DNA of 62,483 nucleotides, the filler included, from Choristocarpus tenellus KU-1152 (Eukaryota; Protista; Phaeophyceae): assembly GCA_964200185.2 (NCBI GenBank). It is 13 parts of 13 records of this genome, joined end to end, with 100 filler letters (N's around TTAATTAATTAA, not from the genome) between each part and the next. Parts side by side here need not be neighbours in the genome. Positions count along the whole stretch, not along the records: positions 10,217 to 13,701 come from CAXNAD020019712.1; positions 13,802 to 19,887 come from CAXNAD020008972.1; positions 19,988 to 24,598 come from CAXNAD020013799.1; positions 24,699 to 28,657 come from CAXNAD020016924.1; 9 more parts are not named here. The stretch is one strand, 5' to 3'. How positions within the stretch are numbered: position 1 is the first letter of the stretch; each line of letters starts with the position of its first letter. This document shows positions 13,062-26,491 of this stretch, piece after piece. The position numbers and the translations under genes were made by a program. The notes beneath the pieces were generated by a model, which was not told the origin of the DNA, ran no database searches, and was given only the letters and a program-made list of their open reading frames with translations.

Positions 13062-13878
13062 GAAGAGGAGGGGGACAGAGGGTGGGGAGGAGCGGCGGGG
13101 GGGCGCACACATTGGCAAATGAATGATTGGCCAACGGCAAACAGAGGATACGGGAGTGTTGTTATTCATGATGCCTTGTTCGTCCAGTAGTTCAAGCAGG
13201 TTGTTTATGTGTCTGTTGCACTCCCGGTAATGTGCTTACCAGCATTGGCGCCCGTGCTTACTTCAGGTGACATGCACAGTTTCTTGCGGTGGTGAGGGGA
13301 GGAGGGGTACAACGAATGAGCAGCAAATTGAAAAAGCTGATGCTTTCTTCTTTTTTTTATGTGCTGGAAGATTTTTTTTACTATACAAACTACCATTAGA
13401 TACGGTAGCCTTCTTCTCCTTCTCCCTGTTGTTGTCCTGCGATGTGTTACAAGTCCAACAACTTGCCCGAGAAAATAGATCAATGCAGATCGGCGTATCT
13501 GACAGGGTGGGGAGGGGGGCAGATCGCAACAAACAATATCTCGGGCCTGACTGAGATATTCGTACAAAGAGGTTGGTCATCATATAATGTCCATGCTTGT
13601 ATGCGCTCAGTGGTTGCCTCTTCTTCTACTTGGCGACGATAGCAATAATTAATAAACAAATTAATAATGTGGGAAAATAACACTTTTTCTCAGTCAGTCA
13701 GNNNNNNNNNNNNNNNNNNNNNNNNNNNNNNNNNNNNNNNNNNNNTTAATTAATTAANNNNNNNNNNNNNNNNNNNNNNNNNNNNNNNNNNNNNNNNNNN
13801 NCCCTCCCAGATACTTTGGATCTTTGAAGGTATAAAAAAGCACTGCTAACGTTGTGTCTGTGTACCACTCTGCAATCA

Positions 13879-14136
13879 GAGTGAAAGTATCTTAGAGGGT
13901 ACAGGTTTTGCCCTGTTTGTCTGTTTGGGGCTTGGCTTCCTACGGGTTTTTTAAGACTTTTTCCTACTCCAAAACGTGTCGGAGTAGGAAAAATGTATAC
14001 GTTATGAAAAGATGTGTCCGGAACAAGGATATTGACACTTCCTAACAAAGACGATAGTCAAGATTACATCAAAATCGCAACATTGGATTTTGGTCCCTAA
14101 ACAGACGTGACTCTACCCTCTAAGATACTTTGGCTC
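13879..14136 (+). mobile_element. MITE family A, full-length
   Basis: Same TIRs and body; 4-bp TSD ATCA/ATCA. Confidence 0.9.
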
Positions 14137-14380
14137 ATCATATTTTATTGAGTAACCCCTTATGAGGATACATTCTCTAATAGAATATGAGGTCATAAGA
14201 GGGGGTTGGTCTTTCTTGGTTTCTCATATTGGTATGCCGGCACAGGAGTGCAGGCAACCCCTGAAAAAAAATGTTATGCAATCACCCACACACCATCATT
14301 CAAAGTGCCAAATCACTGCAGTAGAATTAATGTGTACCCCATGCTCACTTTCTTGTAATGTCTCATGAATCCGTGAGCAG

Positions 14381-17300
14381 GTGCAGGTACTGAGCGATCA
14401 TATCGAGAAGCTTATGCTTTACCTCAAGCATGAGGCTACCCAGAAAGCTAAGGCTCATAATCAGCAGCGCCGCCTTCAGAAGGAGCTTGAGCTTGTAAAG
14501 GTAGTGACATTTTCATGCCATGTGTAAAACTATCCTCTCCCTTCCACCCATCCCAACCTGTCACTTCCTGACTGGTCACTCTACTAACTCCTACACTCTC
14601 CCCTCTCACCATCTTTCCATCCAGCCAAATAGCTCACTCAACCTACTCAGCGCACCTAGGAATCTAATGCTCGTGGCACTCTCCTCAACCAATGCAAAAC
14701 CGGCGTGCTTTTCATTGTCAATCATTTGATCAAGTGGTAGGCGTGAGTTACTGCCCAGACAAACTCTGTGAGGATAGCTGGTTTAATCAGTGCCAAAGTG
14801 TTGGCTCTTAGAGTCTGTAGGGGAGAGCAGTAATGGGCTGTGAGAAGTCCTTAAAAGTACGGTTAGTCAAAGTATCTTAAAGGGTAGAGCCGTGTCCATT
14901 TGGGGACTAAACTCCAATGTTGCAATTTTGATGTTATTTTGGCTATCATGTTTGTTAGGAGATATCAATATCCTAGTCTGGACACTACTTTTCATAACGT
15001 ATACAAATGTCATTAATAACCCGTGGGAAGCCAAGCCCCAAAAGGACAAACAGGGCAAAATTCGTACCCTCTAAGATACTTTGGCTCCGGTAAAAGTACA
15101 CTCAGTGCAGGACAAAAGAAAAACAAAATTTGTTAGGTTAGCTTTGCCCTTTTTTGTACTATTCACCAGAACCTGCCCAGCTCAGACTGAATGCAAGCGG
15201 TTATCCCTCTCCCGTTTTCAGCTAATACTTCAGTGTGACTAAATATTGCATTAGTCACTTTCCAGTCAAGCTCAACTGGCTGACCTTTCTGTCCAAGTGA
15301 TGACTGAAAAAGGCGTTGTACACACACACATACACACACATTGCCACCCATCATCACTCACCAGAACTCTACTATGCTGACTTTCCTTTTGCATTCCACC
15401 AGTTTGAAGACTATTGACAGACTGAAAATTCTTAATTTATATACTCTGGAGGTTCACCGAATCATAGAGTCAAAGTATCTTAGAGGGTAGGGCCTTGTCC
15501 ATTTGGGGGACAAAATCCAATATTGCGATTTTGATATGATGTTGGCTATAGTGTTTGTTGGGAAGTGTCAATATCCTTGTTTCGGACACACTTTTTCATG
15601 ACGTATACATTTTACCTACTCTCAAACATTTTGGAGTAGGAAAATGTAATAAAAATACGCCATGGGAAGTCAAGCACAAAATGGACAAACAGGGCAAAAG
15701 TCGTACCCTCTGAGATACTTTCAGTCATATTGTGATACACAGAGGTTGGAAATATCAGACCATCTTGTTGCTAAATTAGGCTGAGTATTGCCAAGAGGGC
15801 CGAGGTGGGGAATGCTTCCATGCGGATACACCCTATTGGCTCAACACGACATATAGGCTGTCCCATTGGCACAAATGTTACTACTCCATAAAAACAAAAT
15901 AGAAAACCAGCAGCCCACAAGATGCAAGGAACTGCATTTCTTTTGGGGTCATAATAGAAAGGTACAAGCACATCTCCTCCCGAGTACTTCTACAATTATT
16001 GCTTCAATCTTCGGTCAGTGTTAAATTGTTAACTGCTCATCCTACCCCCTAATCATACCTTTAAAATACCAACAAAGCAATATTTAAATTAACCTGTAGT
16101 GTGAGAGGCCACTACTGTGCTCCAGTCCCCGTCCAAGAGTTCTTCACGTAATCTTCAACCCTAAAGTTCCGCAGACACAAACCTCCACAATCTAGTTTCA
16201 CTGAGGCATGTTAGAGCCTCAATCATACTGCTGTGTCCCGTCTCGAACGTATTCCCCACCCACCACCTCCTATTCCCCTCCTAATTCTCCATTCCCTACT
16301 CCGACCTGATTGTTTGTGGCAATCACTGCTGCAACACCAGGCCCGTAGTGGTGCCCTTCTTCGCAGCAACCAGACCAAGGATCGGGTAATGACTGAGCTG
16401 AGGGAGGGATCGAAGATCCTTGAGGACCAGTTACGCCTAATGGATGAGAAGGTTGACTGCCTTCACACACACGGCTACATTACATTGACGTTGCAATCAC
16501 CTTCTATCTATCACAACCTCGACAAAAATTATCATTTGACCCAAAGAATTAAGAGGGTAGGAGTTTGCCCTGTTTGTTCATTCAGGGCTTGACTTCCTAT
16601 GGGTTTTTTATACCCTTTTTCGGTTTTCTGTGTGAACACAGTTACCTACTCCGAAACATTTCGGAGTAGGTAAAATGTGTAGGACTATTAAAGTTGTGTC
16701 CAGAGCAAGTATATTGACACTCGCTAACAAAAGCTATAGCCAAAATCCATCTAAATCGCAATTTTGGATTTACAATAAAAATGAAAAATAGTATTTTTAA
16801 ATCTTGTACATTATTATAAAGTATGTAGCGAATCTTGTTTTCATAATGCAGTCACTAGCCTTGGAGACACGATATGATTTCCTACCCTGGGTTCTATGGT
16901 GTTCTCCTTCGCCAGTGTAAGATGGTAGGGCTGACTTACCTAACGTGTACAAGCAACTATGAAGAGATAAGATCCCTGTGGTCTTCCATGCTCACTGCAT
17001 GCGATATCATTAGTCAACTGCAGATACACCCCCCTTCCCCCCCATCAGACACCTTCTGAAGTCTAAAAAAGTACATCAGTTTCATATTTCTAGTCTTTGG
17101 AACCCATTGGTTTTAGAAGAATGTACAAAATGTAGTGTGAAGGCGACAAATTATCAAGATAAACATCTCAAACGTTATTAAGACCACCATCTCATGTAAT
17201 AGAAACATCTGCCTAAGTGTGGGTGTACCCCTCATACTTGCTCAGGACACTAGACCCAAAGTATCTGGGAGGGGGGGGGGAGGGGTCTACACCAGGGAGT

Positions 17301-18797
17301 CCATTTGGCCCAAAATGAGGAAAAGTGTATTTACATTATCCATCCGACGTATGCAGCCAAATCACCCAAAAAATCGCAACACGAAAAAATTGACCCCAAA
17401 TGGACAGCCGCCTTCCCCCCCCCAGATACTTTGAGCCCTACTACAACCAGTTTCTGACCATGTCTTAATGAGAAATTTGAGTATGGCTACTGAAGATGAG
17501 GAAGAAGCTCAGGCTGCTGTGTTACCTGTATATTGTCTTGGGACGTTAACTTGCTGTCAAAGGTGTAAGAATGTTTGGAGGTGTTCCTGCCAACTCCTCA
17601 TTCTCTCATCACTTCAGACTCACTGCATAGAGTGATTACATATTACGGCAATAGTGGACAAACAAGAGGAGGGGGATCTGAATGAGGTTTATTGGTCGTT
17701 CAAGCTATCAGTTGTTCTTTCAGTGTTTCTGTGGAGTGAGCTGCTTGTAGTGCTTGATCACAAGAGAGTTCTGGTGTGCATGCAAACGGCTTTGCATATG
17801 TTGTGCTGATTATGAGGGGCTTTGTCTTGAAACAGGAGGGCAAGAGTTGAGTTAAAGAAGCAAGAGAAGTGGGCGGAGAAGGCAAACCTCTGACGAAATG
17901 CATGCAAGGTCCACTCAAAGAACACTCATATTTTAGTCCATTACTCACACCATGCATCATGAACAAAACCTAATCTGAATTTTCTCAAACATCACTTGTT
18001 GTTCTTGATATATCCTACCTTTGTCGCTGTCCTCTGCAAAATTTCATTTTGGTCAGTACATGGAACTGAGAACAAAATTGGATTGGACTCGACAGAAGGC
18101 AGGGAAGGATGTCAAACGGGCACGAGCACAAGCCTCCACCCTGCGTGCCAAGTGGACGCTCTTGTGTACCAAGAATGGAGCTGTCTCTGTGCCCCTTCTT
18201 GATGAAGCACAGCCCACCCAGCATCATCAACAATTGTGGGGCTTTGATGCAGGGATCAGGGGCGGGGCAGGGGCAGAAGGGGGGGGAGGACATTCTGCTA
18301 CTGCAGACCCTCAAATATCGTCCCTGGATGACGGTCGGCCCATTGGTTCACAAAACGCATCCATCATGAGGATGAGCCGTTCACTGCCTGCTGGAGTCTG
18401 TTCGGGAAGACCTCGAGGGCAGCAACCCGGTTTGTATGGGAACCAAGAGATCAGCCAATCTGGGGTAGGCGGCAGAGGAGGAGTAAACCCCCGCCTGGGT
18501 CACAGTGCCGGTTTGGGTAGTCCAGTTCACAGCCCCGGTATCCCCCGGCCAGGTACAACTTGTTCTTCCTCAGTGGGACAGGGCATTCGTTTTGCTCCTG
18601 GACTTCTTTCAGCTGGGACAGATCCAGGAGGGCTTGGAGGGGTCAGCGCAGGAAGTCCCTTTGGTTTGGCAAGACCTCCATGGAGCGAAGAGAAGCAAGC
18701 AGGCTGTGGGCCCGGGGGTGTTAGACCCTCAATAGAAGCTAACAGTGGCGGTGGTCCAAGAGAAGCTGAGCAACCGCCATCTGTGCTGTATGCGTAG
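14381..18797 (+). CDS. 3' part of an uncharacterised coiled-coil protein; exons 14381-14500, 16341-16451, 18057-18797
   Basis: Three phase-0 GT-AG exons join as VQVLSDHIEKLMLYLKHE..ELELVK|ARSG..LREGSKILEDQLRLMDEK|YMELRTKLDWTR, then a Gly/Pro-rich tail and a stop. Confidence 0.8.
14864..15087 (-). mobile_element. MITE family A with the internal hairpin deleted
   Basis: Both TIRs present; the CCTACTCC..GGAGTAGG segment is missing; 4-bp TSD CGGT/CGGT. Confidence 0.85.
15467..15726 (-). mobile_element. MITE family A, full-length
   Basis: TIRs and hairpin present; ATA/ATA flanks. Confidence 0.88.
16539..16771 (+). mobile_element. MITE family A, degenerate and 3'-truncated
   Basis: Body matches family A, including cctactccgaaacatttcggagtagg; no right TIR. 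Confidence 0.75.
17253..17437 (+). mobile_element. MITE family B, full-length
   Basis: TIRs GACCCAAAGTATCTGGG(G)n / (C)nCCAGATACTTTGAGCC; TSD CTA/CTA. Confidence 0.88.
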
Positions 18798-19987
18798 TAA
18801 TAAGTCAATGTGCGATATCATATTTTACTATGTTTAGAATAGAATGCACCGTTTGGATCACACAATATGTCAACCAATCAAATTCCTCAGGGAGGGAGTA
18901 TTGCGTGTGGAACAAGGCGACTCAACAATGCCACCTTTTTGTTCATCCACTACTGGGGTTCAGTGAAACCTTTATATTGTGACGTGACATATTATGTTGG
19001 GAGAATTAGTTTGTAACGATCAAGGCACCATTTTACCCCCACGTTGTTGGTCTATTTTCTATTACCTGTTGAGCCTTACTATTTTTGTTCAAAGCAAGGC
19101 ATACTTGAATTGTTTGGGTCATCATGTGAAAAGAGGAATCGCACCCTTCGTTCAAACCAAAACAAAATGGAAGTATCCGATTCAATCAATTTCAGGACTA
19201 GTATGAATATATAATGTGAAGTACTATGTGTGTATGTATATTTATGTATCATGTATTGCGCATGTTCTAAATGTATGTAGTAGGTATGTACATGTATTAC
19301 ATAGAGTCAGGAAATACACCTATCGTATTGGTACGTGCCATTATGCTGTGTATAGTACATAGCAGGATGCAGAGAGTATGTGGCATTATAGATTGTGCTA
19401 CTGTATATGTTATATACTAAATATATATGCTGCAGTTAGTAACAACAGTATCAAGAAATACAACAATATATAGGCGTCTTCGACAAAAAGGTATCAACAA
19501 ATCCCTTATTTTATTTGAAGTGCGACATACTACTTTGAAGTGTTCATCGCGAATCCGCCAAAAAAAAATGAAAATTTTGTCAGGTATTACAACTCTTGTT
19601 CCCATACATAAGGTTGATGCTAAATGAAAAATCAGAATACAAATATATATCGTTCGAGAAAATTGCACCATGTAACAGTGGATTTGGAGAATTGAGGAAG
19701 GAGCGGGGCTATGAGGACGGTTGACGATCGAAAATGGTCTTGAAAAAGTACCGAAAAGTGTTTTTTTACAAATGTTTTTGCACTTGGAAGGGCCCGGGAT
19801 ATGTCTTTTTTTTTTAGTGTTTCAGCACTTTTTGAGGGTCCGGATATATTTTTGTTCAAATATTACGGTACTTTTTGTGGAGGGCATNNNNNNNNNNNNN
19901 NNNNNNNNNNNNNNNNNNNNNNNNNNNNNNNTTAATTAATTAANNNNNNNNNNNNNNNNNNNNNNNNNNNNNNNNNNNNNNNNNNNN

Positions 19988-20870
19988 GTGTCTGCGCTTT
20001 AAACTAGAGTCACCAGGGAGATGGGCACGGAGGGGTCTGTTGGATTCTTGGGATGCCTCCCTAGCTCCCCCCCCTGGGGCACAGGAGTAGGTAGATGGGA
20101 AGCACAGGAAGACAGTAGTACAATATCGGATAGTAGTGGTGAAAAGTAACTGATTAGTGGTTTTCACACTTACAGTGCTTTATAGTATTCTCACGTTTAG
20201 GATATTTTTTTCCTTAGGGCAAATAATGACATACGTATATTGTTATTATGCCCTCTGACATTTTGCAGATGTGTCAGGGGGGAAACCAATGAAAACTATA
20301 AATATGTCGTTATTAGCCCTAAAGAAATATCCTAAACGTAAGAACACTATAAAACATTGTAAGTTTGATATTTTCCAGATGTTGAGTATAATAAGCCCTT
20401 AAGAAATAAAGTATGTCACAAATATGAAAGCATTATTTGTTTTTCACTATATATCTATGTTGTACTTCCTGCGCCTCCAATCTACCTATTTTATTACTAT
20501 GCCCTCGAACATTTTGCAGATGTGTCAGGGGGAAAACCAATGAAAACTATAAATACCTCCCTAACTCCCCCCCCCGGGGCACAGGAGTAGGTAGGTAGAT
20601 GGGAAGCAAAGGAAGACAGTAGTACAATATCTGATAGTGGTGAAGTAACTGATTAGTGGTTTCCCAGAGGGCATAATAATAACATATTTTTGTAGATGTG
20701 TAGTACTGTACTATGAAAAGGAGGTTTAGTAGGGGTAAAAAGATATAATTTACACCGCAAATTAATACAATTTTACCATAACTGAGACATTTTTAGGGAT
20801 CTTTCCAACATGTGAATATTCTTCATTGGTTCTTCCCCCCCACATCTCCAAGATGTCAAAGGCAAAATAA
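19988..20870. repeat. Cluster of rearranged family C fragments in both orientations
   Basis: Inverted copy at 19994-20240; forward copies starting at about 20244 and 20496; terminus cagagggcataataat at about 20665-20680; diverged inverted end at 20820-20870. Confidence 0.75.
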
Positions 20871-22731
20871 TAAAATAAAATAATATATTATATTCAATAG
20901 TAATATATAAAAGTAGATAAAAGTAGATATTGGCTATGGCATAATTCATCCTCAATTTACCGACCACACTAACATAGAACATCACGAATAGGTCTGTTTA
21001 TACTCTATACTATTTATTATGGTATTGTGGACATGTGTCAATGATGGACACTAACCAAATCATTCCAAATGAAGATTAGGGTCACACCACGGGTCAATCA
21101 CGAATCCAATTCTAATGCACCTCTAAACAATCTCTTTTACTACACAAGGCTGAAAGGACTTCGTGCAAGTCCCAAGTCCCTCCCAACCCACCAAATCATA
21201 TGTGCTAACTTCGTCATATTTTAAGTAGAAAAACCGATCAGTGACAACGCCTTCACTGCAGCGACCAATGGTACGATATCGTGGCGAACCTCCTCGACCT
21301 TGGTGCTAACAGCCAATATATAACTTCGTGTTTCGGGTGGGTCGTTCAAAGAGTAAACCTGTTCTTGAATACGGACCAGCGTGTCCAGAGCCCTTTTGGG
21401 GTCAAAGGTAAAGTCGTCTGTTGAAAACTGTGGACCTTTGCCTCGTTCGTCCAAGCTGTGTCTGGAGAGAAAGAGAGAAAGAGACGTAAGTCGAGGACGG
21501 GTGAGGGTGTTGTTCAGGATTCAGACCATGCCCTAGATATCAGTGAGGGACAGCCATGCAGGAAAGAAACGGCTCATCACACCGATGCGAACTGGAACAA
21601 GGACTTTCCCCCGTACTTACTGGATGTAATGTAGCCCAGGGTCCTGCACGGGGACGGGGGCCTGCTCGGGGACCTGGAGCAGGGCATTATGCAGGGTCAG
21701 GGCGACGCAATCGAGGGCGTAAGTTTGTAACTTGTTGGTGCTGCAAATGTGGCATTTGTGGAACAGGTTTTTGTACGGTGGTTTCTGCGCTCTCACCAAT
21801 GTATTTTCAACCATTTGAACCATTTTTCACATCGACCAAGGATAAGTTAGCACACTTAGCATTAGAATTATCACCCATTCAACCTCTTTTCGCCTCATCG
21901 TGTTGCATTGATCAGGCAATGTAGACAACACCGGACGTACCAGGACTCGGCGACGTGTACACAAGGGACTGGTGCACCCCGAAGGGCACAGTGTCGAGGT
22001 GTGGACAACTTTGAGGGGGCCAAGTATACGCTTTTGCTGTTGTGTGATTTGCTTAAGGATCAGGCGTGTTCAGCATGCATGAGGATCGAAGGCAACGGGG
22101 ACTCTCTGCTTGGCATGTTCTTTGTCTTCCACCTCATTTTGTGCACCGCACTTTTTTGTGACAAGCAGGATATTCGCGATGCTCTTTACATCGCGTCAAC
22201 CTTCTGTTTCATTAGGCATCTGCACTTGTGCCTGTTGCATGCTCCTGTTGCTGCCACAAATATCTACTAGAATAATCTGGAGTCGAAACACTACACCGTT
22301 GATATACTCAATTACTCAGGCAGGGTTTGTGAGTGCATTCCATTTCCTGCTTTGGGCCCGTTCATGTTGGGAGGGTCTTCAGTTTGCGATGATTCAGTAT
22401 TTGGTTGGCACATGATAATCAATCATGGATAGGGTAGGGGCGTTGGTTCCCTCTTGTGTTGTGGTCAGTTATGATGGAAAAAATTAAAATCCGTGCCTGA
22501 AAGCTTGTGCTGTGTCTCCAGGACTCCAAGAGTACTCAGTAATTGAGTGATATCCCCAGTCTCGTATGCTGGACCACTTGATTTGAATGGCAAGCATGGT
22601 TGGGTTGAAAAGTTGGAGAAGCTGCCTGCATTATTAGTAACAGCACTGCGGAAAAACTTGCAACACTGACCTCGCTCACCGAGCCCTATCTCCACGCCCT
22701 CTTCCCCTACCTCCTCTGCCCGTATGACCAG

Positions 22732-24598
22732 GGGATTCTGAATGCCATGAGAGGTGAGGTGCCTAGTGAAGATGGTACAATTGTAGGTGAGTTTCTTGTT
22801 TCAACTACTTTTCTTACTACATTCCCATTTCCTCTCCCTCTCAGGTCATATGGACTAGTCTTGAGTACACTACAATATGTCATGCTCTCGTCCTTGCAAC
22901 TCCAATGATGCCTCTCCTTTTATATCACAAGTGATTCTATGCAACGACATGGGATTGGGATCATGTCTGAGGGCCACAGTTCTGCAGTAGTAGCTTTTTC
23001 AGCACTCGCCACATAAAAAAATCTTGGTGTTTCAGCATTGCAACAGTATTATTCGTTTCTGAACCTCTGTTGCCAAAGCTTCCTGATAAAAGACTTGGTC
23101 AATCTCCAAACACTTGGTTGAAATGCTTGTCCCCGATCAACCTTCTTTGCCCTTAAACCACAACAATCCCTCGGATAAATCCATTTGTACCTCAATGGAG
23201 TCTTCTCACCCCTGACATCCATGCCTCCCTACAGATCGCATGTGTAGCTCATGATGACATTTCCGATACCTTGTACTATGGATACCTTGTACTATGGATA
23301 CCCAATGAAATTCATGCGCGATAACTTTTACTCATAATCTGATTCCATGCACTCGGTGTCTGCCTTCCCCCCATGGTTACTTTTGACAGATGGCGGTGAC
23401 AGCGAGCCAGGGCATGACGCTGCAAATTCAGGGGAGGGGGAAAGGGTGGGGATGAAGGGCGGCACAAGTGCGGGGATGTTGGCTAGGGCAGAGAAATCGT
23501 TTTTGGACATGACAGTTTGGCGAAATGAGGTGCTGGAGCAACTGGCTGATGCCGAGGAGGAGAATGCCTCTCTGAGAATGCAGCTGGGGAAAGCTAGGGT
23601 ATTTGCCAACCTCTACGCCGCAGCTCGCAAGGTTTGTTATTTCTTCTGGTTCAAGTATCCCCACACCTTTGCCCACTCAAGGATAATAAAAGAAGCGCGT
23701 GAGTACTGCAGTTCTCTGCTTTTGTGTCCAATGGGTACAATGACTGTAGGTGAAATATCAATCTCATCCGCTTAGGCAGAGCCTTTTTACAGTACTCTTC
23801 CTAAGGGTGTATGTATCTGCGCCATCCCTTGCAATTGTTGGTTACCGTTCAAGTCGGCACACAGCCTGTAAGGTCTCCGCCTTTTCCTTAACCACTTCCT
23901 TCGCACCCATTTTCCCCGGATGCCCCAGGAACACGAGAGTCTGAAGGCTTCCTTGGCAGCCTCGAGTCAGATCTGTTTGCAGCAGCAGCAGCTCATAGAG
24001 ATGCTCCAGTCCTCCTCCGTGTCTTCGTTATACCACCACCCTAACCTCTCTGCCTTGGACGTGGAGCAGCTTCTTGCTGGGCCAGGGGCCAGACCTGGGG
24101 GGCAGGGGGAAGGTAGCTCCACGGGGGCTAGGCCAGCAGTGCCCAAGGGAGTTGGTACTGCCCCTCAAGCACCCGGATTTCGAGGTACTGGTATTGGCAC
24201 AAAGCGAGGAGAGGGACTTGTGAGAGCTGACCAAGAGTCACCAAGAGGTGGGCATGGGAGAGATGATGGTGAGGACCGTGGCAGGTGCAGGAGTTGGAGT
24301 TGGACCAGGACTGACACTGGGACTGGGACTGTGGGGCGTGACCACAACAATGGAGCGACAGATTACAGTCACACTAGTGACCACCTCTACCACCGACATG
24401 GCCTGCCGTTTGTAAACCCACCGAATTTGTTTCCAGAGCCTAGGACGGCATGGATGGAAGAGCGGGCAGCAACTGCACCTGAAGGGGGGGTACCAGCAGC
24501 AGTAACTGGAGCGGTGGCCACTGCTCAGATTGACAATTCGTGCAAGGGGTACTCCACTCTCCGGAAGGCAGTAGGTGGGGTGGGAGGGAGGGGAGGAC
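22732..24598 (+). CDS. Fragment of an uncharacterised coiled-coil/low-complexity protein; exons about 22732-22786, 23390-23631, 23929-contig end
   Basis: Phase-compatible AG/GT boundaries; WRNEVLEQLADAEEENASLRMQL..ARK|EHESLKASLAAS. Confidence 0.55.
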
Positions 24599-25222
24599 NN
24601 NNNNNNNNNNNNNNNNNNNNNNNNNNNNNNNNNNNNNNNNNNTTAATTAATTAANNNNNNNNNNNNNNNNNNNNNNNNNNNNNNNNNNNNNNNNNNNNCC
24701 CCAGATACTCTGACCCCTTTGGGGGCAGGGATCTGGAGGGATGAAGAAATGGTGAGGGGGGCAGCGGTTGGATCTGAGCAGCAGATTTTTTTTGCTGACG
24801 GGAGGTGGGGCCTAGTGGAGAAACTGAGGTTATTTCTTTACAGCAACAGGTGCAAAGCAATAGTGGGAGCAGAAGAGGGAAGGTATTGGGGGAAGGAGAT
24901 GGATAGAGAGTTGGGGGGGAGGGGTGGGGTGGAAGAGGAAGAGGTATTGGAGGAGTGAGGGCAGGGTGGGGAGTTTCACAAGGGGTTGATTCTTCGAGGG
25001 ATAAGAGGGAGAAGGGTTTCTACGATGGATATGGCATTGGCAGGTTTGAGAATACTACTGAGGATGGGGCTTTGGGGAAGGGACTTGGATGTGGAGACAA
25101 CTCTGGAGGTAACTCTACAGAGGGAAATTGGAGGAGGATGAGGCGTATTGGGATGGTGATGGCAGTGGCCTGTGCATTTTATGCTACTCTTCTGAAGCTG
25201 TCACAAGCATTATCTGTGATAA

Positions 25223-25479
25223 GAGTGAAAGTATCTTATAGGGTACGAGGTTTGCCCAGTTTGTCCATTTGGGAATTGACTTCCCACGGTATTTTTATGA
25301 CATTTTCCTAATCCGAAATGTTTCTGAGTAGGTAAAATGTGTATGTTATGGAAACGTGCGTCCGGAACAAGGGTATTGACATTTCCTAACAAACACGATA
25401 GCCAAAACTACATCAAAATCGCAACATTGGGTTTAGCCCCCAAACGGACGTGGCTCTACCCTCTAAGATACTTTGACTC
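25223..25479 (+). mobile_element. MITE family A, full-length
   Basis: TIRs present; 4-bp TSD ATAA/ATAA. Confidence 0.9.
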
Positions 25480-25582
25480 ATAAGGTGTGAGGGGAGAGAA
25501 GAGAGTTGACTGGTGTGTGTTCGTATTTTTGCAATACCATGAGTATCAACCCCGTGGGCTGTTGCTGGTTGAGTGAAAATAT

Positions 25583-25845
25583 GAGCCAAAGTATCTTGGA
25601 GGGTAGAGGCATGTCCATTTGGGGGTCAAAAATCCAATGTTGCGATTTTGATGTAATTTTGACAATTGTGTTTGTTAGGAAGTGTGTCAATATCCATGTT
25701 CTGGACACACCATTTCATAACGTATATATTTTACCAACTCCAAAACATTTTGAAGTAGGAAAATGTCATAAAAAAAAAACATGGGAAGCCACGCCCAAAA
25801 TGGACAAACAGGGCAAAACTCATACCCTCTAAGATGCTTTCACTC
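25583..25845 (-). mobile_element. MITE family A, full-length, inverted about 100 bp from the previous copy
   Basis: TIRs present; 3-bp TSD TAT/TAT. Confidence 0.9.
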
Positions 25846-26365
25846 TATGGAAGATTTGACTGCAAGGTTGCTTGGTGAGCCGGGCAAATATATTACTATG
25901 CATATCAGTTCTATCTATCTTGAGTATTGCAAAAGGAAATATTTGAACTCTTCCACAAAGAGCTCCCTTCAAGAGATACTAGATGACATTTCTACTGCGG
26001 AAAATCAACTTATTGCGGTGTGTGCAGTTCATTTTTTCTGAAGGGTTAACCCTCCTACCCCACGTCTACCCCTTCTCCTCCAACGACCATGAAACCACAA
26101 TTTTCCATAAACATAAGCTCATACTTCACCCTCTCTTTCCAACCGTAGTTCCACATGACTATTGCCTGTTTGCAGTTACATCACACTAGATAATTAATTC
26201 CCACTTGAATTGCCAAGAAACTGATATATACAGGAACGCTACAATGTACTACACCAGACACTATTGAAACAGGGAAAGGACTCGTGATATGGGTACTAGT
26301 ACAGGATCTGTGTTAAAAGGAAGGTTGTATCTCCATCTTTTATCAATTTGTATACCTGTACCTCA

Positions 26366-26491
26366 GAGTTCCAACTCGAGGTCCTGGTTCTGCTGAACGG
26401 TTGGTAGAGCTGGTTGCAAGTTGTGCTCCTTTTCTGGATGCATACGAAATTGTGGCCGAAACTGTTCTGGATGCTCTCTACAATAGTGCCG
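26366..26491 (+). CDS. Isolated putative exon of an unknown protein
   Basis: cctcag| ... |gtgagt boundaries; open frame VPTRGPGSAERLVELVASCAPFLDAYEIVAETVLDALYNSA. Confidence 0.4.

Noticed and set aside
21221-22270. Candidate exons on both strands
   Set aside because: Strand and frame could not be resolved into a consistent spliced product.
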